DNA of 37,012 nt from Aquificaceae bacterium (GTDB lineage Bacteria > Aquificota > Aquificia > Aquificales > Aquificaceae), in the NCBI GenBank assembly GCA_037924335.1, contig JAXSMZ010000014.1, positions 1-37,012 on the forward strand, given 5' to 3'. A program made the translations under genes and the position numbers. This document shows positions 9,687 to 16,403 of the stretch, piece by piece (the stretch's first letter is position 1; every line of letters begins with the position of its first letter). Below the pieces are notes generated by a model. The model was not told where the DNA came from and ran no database searches. It saw only the letters and a program-made list of their open reading frames with translations.

Positions 9687-10349
9687 ATGAGAACGGAGCA
9701 GTTGGAAAGGGTTCAGATAGAGTGTGCAAAGAAGGTTATACAAAGAGATGATTTTGGGAAAGTACAGACTGTAGGCGGGATAGACCTCACCTTTGAAGAG
9801 GTGAGGAGGAATCCAACAAGAGCTTGGGCATGTATGGTTGTCATAGATGTGAACACAATGAAGCCCATATACGAGTACGTGGTGGATGGTCTGGTAGACT
9901 TTCCGTACATACCAACCTTTTTGGCTTTTAGAGAACTCCCCCTCATGCTCAAACTTTACAATGAAGCAGAGGTAAAGCCGGATGTATACTTCATAGACGG
10001 TCAAGGGGTTGCCCATCCAAGAGGTTGCGGTATAGCATCCCACTTTGGAGTAAGCACTGGAACTGTAAGTGTAGGTGTGGCTAAGAAAAGACTCTTTGGT
10101 TTTCATACAGATATAGGACAGAAAAGGGGAAGCTATGCCTACCTAAAATACAAGGGTAGCATAGTGGGTGCTGCACTCAGGACTAAGGATTCAACAGAGC
10201 CCATCTACGTCTCGGTAGGACACAGGATAAGCCTAAAAACAGCCATAGAATTAGTTTTAAAAACTTCCCTATACCGTATACCCGAACCAACAAGGTTAGC
10301 ACACAACCTTTTGCAAAAGGTAAGAAGAGAATCAATGAACAATTCTTGA
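9687..10349 (+). CDS. nfi: Endonuclease V
   Basis: [16 protein letters not shown] (PYIP wedge), [39 protein letters not shown]. Confidence 0.96.
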   Translation: MRTEQLERVQIECAKKVIQRDDFGKVQTVGGIDLTFEEVRRNPTRAWACMVVIDVNTMKPIYEYVVDGLVDFPYIPTFLAFRELPLMLKLYNEAEVKPDVYFIDGQGVAHPRGCGIASHFGVSTGTVSVGVAKKRLFGFHTDIGQKRGSYAYLKYKGSIVGAALRTKDSTEPIYVSVGHRISLKTAIELVLKTSLYRIPEPTRLAHNLLQKVRRESMNNS

Positions 10350-11012
10350 AATAAGACTGTTTACTAAGCTTCTAAGAAAGTATATATGCTTACCATTTAC
10401 GCTGAGAAGTTCTTTAGGGCTTAAACCTTCTCTATCAAGCTCATCCTTGTATGCTCTTGCCCATCTGCCAACCATATCTTTTGTAACTTCTATGTGGAAC
10501 TGCAATCCAACAGCCTTACCATAAACAAAGGCTTGGTTTTCGTACCTTTCCGATGAATAGATTCTAACTGCACCCTTTGGAAGCTCAAAGGTATCTCCAT
10601 GCCACTGGAAAACAGTGATCTCTTCTGGAAAATTTTCAAAGTAGTTGTGTGTGCCCCTTTTGAACACTTTAAACCAACCAATCTCCTTACCCTTTTCTCC
10701 TCTGTATACTTTAGCTCCAAGCACTTTTGCCAGCATCTGAGAGCCAAGACATATACCGAGCATGGGAATATCCCTTTTTATTGCTTCCTCCATAAGCCTA
10801 AACTCGTAAGAAAGAAAAGGGAATTTATCCTCTTCGTAAGCTCCCATATAGCCACCCAAAACAGCAACAAGGGAGTAATCTTCCAAGGGTCTTTTGAGAA
10901 GCTGTCCCTCAGCAGTATCTACATAATCCACTTGAAAACCTTTCCTTTTTAGCAAAGGTTCAAGCATTCCCAGATGCTCTATCTTTACATGTCTAATAGC
11001 CAAGGTTCTCAT
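10332..11012 (-). CDS. Type 1 glutamine amidotransferase (GuaA-like, stand-alone)
   Basis: LGG.MG, GICLGSQ nucleophile elbow, [18 protein letters not shown]. Confidence 0.9.
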   Translation of the reverse strand: MRTLAIRHVKIEHLGMLEPLLKRKGFQVDYVDTAEGQLLKRPLEDYSLVAVLGGYMGAYEEDKFPFLSYEFRLMEEAIKRDIPMLGICLGSQMLAKVLGAKVYRGEKGKEIGWFKVFKRGTHNYFENFPEEITVFQWHGDTFELPKGAVRIYSSERYENQAFVYGKAVGLQFHIEVTKDMVGRWARAYKDELDREGLSPKELLSVNGKHIYFLRSLVNSLISRIVH

Positions 11013-11212
11013 GTTCCACCCATAAGCTTTTCTATAACCTCTTTCAGGACCACGGCATTATTATACTCTTTATCCCTTGCTGAGTAAACAAGGGTTATGT
11101 TCCTACTTTTTGCTTCCTCTCTTTTTACCCCTCTTGGCCATAGCCTTTCAATGAGTACCCTTTTTCCATCATCTTCCTGTATTTTTTCGTACACACGCTT
11201 TACCTTTATCAT
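11009..11212 (-). pseudogene. DUF488/YeaO-family gene with a large in-frame internal deletion (67 aa)
   Basis: N-terminus IKVKRVYE..DDGKRVLIERLWPRGVKREEAK is joined directly to the C-terminus NITLVYSARDKEYNNAVVLKE. The central W.KxxAPSxxLRKW..H...F..RY..EL block is absent. ATGA overlaps at both ends. Confidence 0.75.
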
Positions 11213-11727
11213 GCTTTTTGCATGTAAGAGTTTTTGTACCTTACGTAGTTCAAAGAAGATTCCTCTATCAGCTTTATCTCCTCTGGCCGTAGCTCTCTTA
11301 TAACCTTTGCGGGAAACCCAGCAACAAGCACCCCAGATGGTATCTTTTTGCCAGGTGTTAGAAGGGCACCAGCTCCCACTATCACATAGTGATCTACTTC
11401 CACACCATCCATTACCACAGCACCCATACCTACAAGCACATGGTCTTTGATGATACATCCGTGAAGCACCACTCTATGCCCAACTGTAACATCATCCCCT
11501 ACGATTGTTGGGTATGTATCATGCGTTACGTGAACAACGGAGTTATCCTGTATGTTCGTCCTTTTCCCTATCCTTATGTAGTTCACATCCCCCCTTATTA
11601 CGGCCCCGTACCATACGCTCGAGTCCTCACCTATCTCTACATCTCCTATGACAACTGCGTTTTCGGCAAGAAAAACTGAAGAGTCTATTCTTGGGATCAT
11701 GTTTTTATAAGGTTTTACTGTTGCCAT
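11209..11727 (-). CDS. Gamma carbonic anhydrase family (YrdA/PaaY-like hexapeptide protein)
   Basis: IGDVEIG..SSVWYGAVIRGD, TNIQDNSVVH, VTVGHRVVLHGC (three His ligands). Start at MATVK, 11727. Confidence 0.92.
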   Translation of the reverse strand: MATVKPYKNMIPRIDSSVFLAENAVVIGDVEIGEDSSVWYGAVIRGDVNYIRIGKRTNIQDNSVVHVTHDTYPTIVGDDVTVGHRVVLHGCIIKDHVLVGMGAVVMDGVEVDHYVIVGAGALLTPGKKIPSGVLVAGFPAKVIRELRPEEIKLIEESSLNYVRYKNSYMQKA

Positions 11728-11728
11728 C

Positions 11729-12916
11729 TTACTCTTCCTTATTGTCAAGAACCTCTATGCATGGAAGGGTGTTTCCTTCAAGAAGCTCCAAAAAGGCACC
11801 CCCACCAGTGGAAACAAAGTCTATGGCGTTGTATACACCGGCTTTGTGTATGGCATGGTCTGTATCTCCCCCACCGGCTATAGTAAGGGCTGGTGAACTT
11901 GCAAGCATCTTTGCTGTTTCATAGGTACCATCTTTGAACCTATCAAGCTCGAAGGCTCCCATGGGACCGTTCCATATGATAGTTTGCGCATCGGATATTA
12001 CTTCCCTCAAAAGGCTGACTGATACTGGACCTATGTCCAAACCCATCCAGCCTGAGAGAATATCCTGCCATGGAACTATCTTCGTTGGCGTACTGTCAGA
12101 AAACTCCTTACCAAGAACAAAGTCAACTGGAAGATAGAACTTTACACCGAGCTTTTTTGCAACATCCATTATATCCATTGCAGTGTCAAGAAAACCATCC
12201 TCCAAAACTGAGTTCCCAACGTCATAACCCATGGCCCTTATGAAAGTGAAAGCCATCGCACCACCCACGAATATCTTATCTACTCTTTTGAGGAGGTTTT
12301 TTATGATCCCTATCTTGGATGATACTTTAGCACCGCCCAGTATGGCAACAACAGGCCTCTGTGGGTTTACCATGGCCTTTTTAAAGTAGGATATCTCTTT
12401 TTCAAGAAGAAAGCCCATTACAGCAGGCTTTAGGATCTGCGGTACTGTGTAAACAGAAGCATGCTTTCTATGACATGTTCCAAAGGCATCGCTCACGTAC
12501 ACATCGCCAAGGGATGCAAGCTCCCTTGCAAAGTCCTCATCGTTCTCTTCCTCCTTATGAAACCTCAGGTTCTCAAGGAGGATAATATCACCCTCCTTCA
12601 TGCTTTCTACCATCTTTCTTACTTCTTCTCCCACACAATCGTTGGCCATCAGTACTTCTTTGTTTAGATACCTGGAGAGCCTTTTGGCAACTGGAAGGAG
12701 GCTGTACTTTGGATCTCTCCCCTTTGGTCTTCCAAGGTGAGACATGAGTATAACCTTTCCGTTTGCATCTAGGATATACTCTATAGTAGGAAGGCTTGCC
12801 CTTATCCTTGTGTCATCCTCTATGTTTCCCTGTTCATCCATGGGTACGTTAAAGTCAACCCTGACCAAAACCCTCTTCCCAGATAAGTCTACGTCCCTTA
12901 GGCTCTTCTTTTCCAT
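11729..12916 (-). CDS. pgk: Phosphoglycerate kinase
   Basis: RVDFNVP, SHLGRP, LLENLRF, GGAKVSSK, WNGPMG, GGGDT, STGGGAFLE. Confidence 0.98.
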   Translation of the reverse strand: MEKKSLRDVDLSGKRVLVRVDFNVPMDEQGNIEDDTRIRASLPTIEYILDANGKVILMSHLGRPKGRDPKYSLLPVAKRLSRYLNKEVLMANDCVGEEVRKMVESMKEGDIILLENLRFHKEEENDEDFARELASLGDVYVSDAFGTCHRKHASVYTVPQILKPAVMGFLLEKEISYFKKAMVNPQRPVVAILGGAKVSSKIGIIKNLLKRVDKIFVGGAMAFTFIRAMGYDVGNSVLEDGFLDTAMDIMDVAKKLGVKFYLPVDFVLGKEFSDSTPTKIVPWQDILSGWMGLDIGPVSVSLLREVISDAQTIIWNGPMGAFELDRFKDGTYETAKMLASSPALTIAGGGDTDHAIHKAGVYNAIDFVSTGGGAFLELLEGNTLPCIEVLDNKEE

Positions 12917-12917
12917 C

Positions 12918-13253
12918 CTAAATGTCTAAGTCTGTGTCTTCGTCATCGAGCTCCATGCTCTGGTCCGATGAGAATATACCCCTCAAGCTCAAAGCTAAGT
13001 TTTTTAAAGTCTCAAGATAAAAAAGAACATCATCATAAATGTTTAGCTGCGCTTTATACTTACTAACCTCAACGTAGGATAGTCTTTTGGACCTTAGGAT
13101 TTTTCTTATGGCCGTCTTGGACATGTAAGCTCTTGAGAACTTTTCTTGCCATTCTTTCCAAAATTCTAGAGTATTTATAGGGCTCTTGACTATAAAGTAC
13201 TCAAGATTGGACACCTCCTCCAGAAGATGAACGTCAAAGGATAAGTTTTTCAT
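12918..13253 (-). CDS. Hypothetical protein (111 aa), first gene of the pgk operon
   Basis: SD GGAGG at 13265-13261; stop 1 nt before the pgk start; acidic tail. Confidence 0.75.
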   Translation of the reverse strand: MKNLSFDVHLLEEVSNLEYFIVKSPINTLEFWKEWQEKFSRAYMSKTAIRKILRSKRLSYVEVSKYKAQLNIYDDVLFYLETLKNLALSLRGIFSSDQSMELDDEDTDLDI

Positions 13254-13324
13254 AAAAACACCTCCGTCTTATATTATCTTACAACATTCCATTTTTATCA
13301 AGAACCATCTTAGAATATTCCACA

Positions 13325-13410
13325 AGGCAAGGTAAGGAGGCAGGGACTTATATTATTGGGAGGCTTTTACGCCCCCAGAGTTTTATAATCCTGACCTTCA
13401 AGCCTTGCCT
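13325..13410 (+). ncRNA. Candidate IS110 bridge/seek RNA hairpin
   Basis: Outer stem AGGCAAGG/CCTTGCCT, inner stems GGAGG-CAGG/CCTG-A-CCTTC and TGGG-A-GGC/GCC-CCCA enclose an AT-rich internal region. It lies in the non-coding region 5' of an IS110-type ORF. Confidence 0.55.
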
Positions 13411-13440
13411 ACCTGAGAAAAAGAAGAGAGGAGGAGAGAA

Positions 13441-13782
13441 ATGAGGATAATAGGAGTAGACATAGGAGCAAAGTATATTATAGCCCATGATGGAAGCAAA
13501 GCAGTAGAGATAAGCACCCCCTTAGAAGCACAGGCATACATTAGACCCAAGGATATCGTAGTTTTAGAGCAGACAGGAGCATATGGGATGAGGTGGGCTG
13601 AGATATTTAGCTCTTTGGGTGCAAAGGTCTACATAGCAGACGGAAGGGATTTCAAGAACTACAGACTGGCACACAGCAGGAAAAAACATGCGGATTTCGT
13701 AGGAGCAATTAATATCTCTTTCAAAGGGCTGCAGTCAACAAGCCTTATGCCCCCAAGAGGGGCAAGCTCCCTAATTAATTAG
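13441..13782 (+). pseudogene. Truncated IS110-type (DEDD RuvC) transposase N-terminus fused in frame to a TnpB C-terminal fragment
   Basis: IIGVDIG (D7) and VVLEQTGAY (E43) are typical of the IS110 N-domain. After ...RKK the sequence switches to HADFVGAINI, the TnpB RuvC-III xADxxxAxNI motif. Strong SD GGAGGAG. The IS110 coiled-coil and C-terminal Ser domains are missing. Confidence 0.75.
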
Positions 13783-13794
13783 GGAGTAGTTGAC
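13725..13794 (+). ncRNA. TnpB omegaRNA 3' core / IS605-type right end
   Basis: Stem AGGGCT/AGCCTT whose loop GTCAAC (13734-13739) pairs with the terminal GTTGAC (13789-13794). Stem TGCCCC/GGGGCA. 20-bp perfect palindrome CTCCCTAATTAATTAGGGAG (13767-13786). Confidence 0.75.
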
Positions 13795-14630
13795 GAGAGT
13801 AAGCTCAGGCTCAAAAGAAGTGAGCCAATAAGCATCAGAAGAGTACCTGGTATTATATGCCTTACATCTTCACCAAAGAAAACCTTTCCATAGTATAGTG
13901 AGAGAAGGATTGACATCCTCTCCACAGCAACCACATAAGAAGTGGGAGCATACAACAGAGCTACATAATAAAGTACACCACCAAGGGCAAAGAAGACACC
14001 TATAAGCAGTAAGCTAGATTCTCTGTAGCTTTCACACCTTAGTAAATGCTCAGGTTTCACAAAGGGAAGCGTCCCAACGGACATACACGCTGTGTAATAC
14101 CAACTGAAGAAGTAAGGATTGCTTTCCAGAATAACCATCTTGCCTATCACTACGTTAAGACCAAAGAGAAGGGTAGATGCAATCATGTAAATAGACCCTA
14201 TATTCCTTCTAAAGAAATCCTTGAGAGAAAGACCCGTTATGAGTATGGCTCCGATCACAGTCAAAAGTATTCCAACAAAGCCTAAGGGTGTTATCCTCTC
14301 ACCCAAAAGTAAAAAGCTAAAAAGTGCTGAGAAGAAGGGCATTAGAGAGTAAAAGGACATGGCAAGTGAAAGGGGGGCATGTTTGAGAGCTTTTATGAAG
14401 AGAACACCACCCAAGATCTCAATGGGAAGCCAGAGCAGGGTGGACACCAAGATAAAACTGTTCATATCCCAAAAGAAGATGCTAAGAGGAAGCAGCAGGA
14501 GAGAAGATACGGGAAACCTTATCCAGAGTATAAAGTACTCATCAAAACCCTTATAGATGAGTTTTTTGCTGAAAAGGTCGTTTGTAGCCCAAAAGAAGGA
14601 AGAAAGAAAGGCAAGCAGTATACCAAGCAT
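13779..14630 (-). CDS. EamA/DMT family transporter
   Basis: About 10 TM segments, FFWATNDLFSKK, ALKHAPLS, LLGERIT, FFGE. Start at MLGILLAF (14630); the extension in the ORF track overlaps the divergent gene. Confidence 0.9.
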   Translation of the reverse strand: MLGILLAFLSSFFWATNDLFSKKLIYKGFDEYFILWIRFPVSSLLLLPLSIFFWDMNSFILVSTLLWLPIEILGGVLFIKALKHAPLSLAMSFYSLMPFFSALFSFLLLGERITPLGFVGILLTVIGAILITGLSLKDFFRRNIGSIYMIASTLLFGLNVVIGKMVILESNPYFFSWYYTACMSVGTLPFVKPEHLLRCESYRESSLLLIGVFFALGGVLYYVALLYAPTSYVVAVERMSILLSLYYGKVFFGEDVRHIIPGTLLMLIGSLLLSLSLLSSTTP

Positions 14631-14649
14631 TGAGATAAAATAGTTTAAC

Positions 14650-15774
14650 ATGCGAAGGGAAAGGCTCTTCACACCGGGACCCGTTGAAATACCGGAAAGA
14701 GTAAGGGAGACCTTAGGAAGACAGATAATACACCACAGGACAGATGAGTTTAAGACAGTTTTTTTGGAAACTAGGGAGCTTGTAAAAAGGCTTCTGGATG
14801 ATACTTCCGAAAACTTTGTATTTTTCTGCTCTTCTGGTACTGGCGGAATGGAGGCAGCCATACTTAACTTTTTTGAGTATGGGGATAAGGTGCTTGTTGT
14901 AAACGGAGGCAAGTTTGGACAAAGGTGGCTAGAACTTGCAGAGCATTGGGGTCTTAAGGTAGTTGACTACAGCATAGATTGGGGTAGGTCTGCTAGGGAT
15001 GAAGAGGTAGATGCCCTTCTCAGAGAACATCCAGATTGTAAGGGCATCCTTATGCAAATGTCAGAAACTTCCACGGGTGCTTACCATCCAGTTGAAGAAA
15101 TAGGCAGGCTTTGCAAGGAGAGGGATATCCTTCTTGTCGTCGATGCAATAACTGCCTTGGGTGTTTACAGGGTAGAACCAAAAGAGGTTGGCATAGACGT
15201 GCTGGTCGGAGGCTCCCAGAAGGCTCTCATGCTTCCACCTGGACTTTCTCTGCTTTGGTTTTCTGAAAAAGCCAAAGGGAGGCTAAAGGATAGGGCCTTC
15301 TACTTTAGTATAAAAAGGGAGATAGAAAAGCAGGCTATGGGACAGACGGCATGGACTCCTGCCATAAATCTAATAATAGCTCTGAAGGAATCTCTTTCCA
15401 TGATCCTTGAGGAAGGTATGGAAAAGGTGGAGAGAAGACACAGGGCTATGTCTGAGGGGACTATAAGGGCAGCGAGGGCGTTGGGTCTTACCCTTTTCCC
15501 AGAAAAACCGTCCATATCTGTAACGGCACTGGAGAGCGACCAATCAGAAAGGATAAGGAGAGAGTTAACAAAGCTTGGTATAAGAACTGCGGGTGGGCAG
15601 GACCATCTAAAGGGAAGGGTCTTTAGAGTATCCCATATGGGTGTCAGTGCAGAGGATGGCCTTATGTTTGTTGGGATGCTGGAGGTTGTCCTCAGTAAGC
15701 TTGGTTTTGATGTAAAGCTTGGGGAAGGCATTGCAGAGTACTCAAAAACGTTGATGGAAGCAGGAGTATGGTAA
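14650..15774 (+). CDS. Class V PLP aminotransferase (alanine-glyoxylate/phosphoserine aminotransferase type)
   Basis: LFTPGP, HHR, SSGTGGMEAA, GKFGQRW, SETSTG, VDAIT, GSQKALMLPPGL (PLP Lys), FRVSHMG. Overlaps the pspA start. Confidence 0.9.
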   Translation: MRRERLFTPGPVEIPERVRETLGRQIIHHRTDEFKTVFLETRELVKRLLDDTSENFVFFCSSGTGGMEAAILNFFEYGDKVLVVNGGKFGQRWLELAEHWGLKVVDYSIDWGRSARDEEVDALLREHPDCKGILMQMSETSTGAYHPVEEIGRLCKERDILLVVDAITALGVYRVEPKEVGIDVLVGGSQKALMLPPGLSLLWFSEKAKGRLKDRAFYFSIKREIEKQAMGQTAWTPAINLIIALKESLSMILEEGMEKVERRHRAMSEGTIRAARALGLTLFPEKPSISVTALESDQSERIRRELTKLGIRTAGGQDHLKGRVFRVSHMGVSAEDGLMFVGMLEVVLSKLGFDVKLGEGIAEYSKTLMEAGVW

Positions 15775-16403
15775 AGCTCATCTTGGTCCGTCATGCTGAG
15801 AGTGAGTGGAATCCAGAGGGTAGGTATCAGGGGCTTCTTGACCCAGACCTTTCGGAGAGGGGAAGGATGCAGGCAAAACTCCTAGCAGAGAGACTATCCA
15901 AGGAGAATATAGACTTCATATACTCTTCACCCCTAAAAAGAACCTATCACACGGCAATCAAAATAGCTGAATCTAAGAACCTTGACGTTATAAAGGAAGA
16001 AAGGATAAGGGAGATAGACCATGGTCTTTGGTCTGGTATGCTAGTGGAAGAGGTCATGAAAAAGTACGCAGAGGACTTTAAAAGATGGATAGAGGAACCG
16101 CACACTGTAGAGTTTCCCAACGGTGAGAGCTTAGTTTCTGTACAGAGAAGAACGAAGGAATTCCTTGAAGATATCAGGAGAAGGCATTGGGGACAGACTG
16201 TGGTAGTTGTATCTCATACAGTTCCAATGCGTGCCATGTTTTGTAGCCTTTTGAGCATAGACCTTTCCAAGTTTTGGAGCTTTGGATGTGATAATGCAAG
16301 CTACTCAGTTGTACACATGGAGGAGAGGAGGAATGTTATACTAAAGCTTAACATAACCTGTCATTTGGGAGGTTTTTATGTGGAAGCTCATAAGGCTCTT
16401 TAG
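15768..16403 (+). CDS. pspA: Metal-independent phosphoserine phosphatase (histidine phosphatase family)
   Basis: LVRHAES, EIDHGLW, VSH, C-terminus NITCHLG.FYVEAHKA. It closely resembles Hydrogenobacter PspA as I recall it (211 aa). Confidence 0.85.
   Translation: MVKLILVRHAESEWNPEGRYQGLLDPDLSERGRMQAKLLAERLSKENIDFIYSSPLKRTYHTAIKIAESKNLDVIKEERIREIDHGLWSGMLVEEVMKKYAEDFKRWIEEPHTVEFPNGESLVSVQRRTKEFLEDIRRRHWGQTVVVVSHTVPMRAMFCSLLSIDLSKFWSFGCDNASYSVVHMEERRNVILKLNITCHLGGFYVEAHKAL

Larger units (their letters stand above)
13278..13794 (+). mobile_element. Composite IS remnant: IS110-family left end plus 5' transposase, fused to an IS200/IS605 tnpB 3' end and right end
   Basis: See the component features. 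The left boundary is inferred from the guide-like match ending at 13277. The right boundary is ...GGGAGTAGTTGAC at 13794. Confidence 0.7.

Noticed and set aside
11213..11458. Cys-rich N-terminus of the 149-aa ORF
   Set aside because: An alternative frame of the gamma-CA gene. The real start is the ATG at 11212.
13320..13440. TIGR-Tas or CRISPR array upstream of the small RuvC ORF
   Set aside because: Only one long hairpin is present, with no tandem repeat-spacer units. No Nop domain or cas genes are seen.
13441..13782. Functional compact RNA-guided nuclease or recombinase
   Set aside because: It lacks the IS110 C-terminal Ser domain and the TnpB REC, WED and zinc-finger regions. Activity cannot be supported from sequence.
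14631..14912. 94-aa N-terminal extension of the EamA ORF
   Set aside because: Antisense to the aminotransferase. The hydrophobic EamA sequence starts at 14630.
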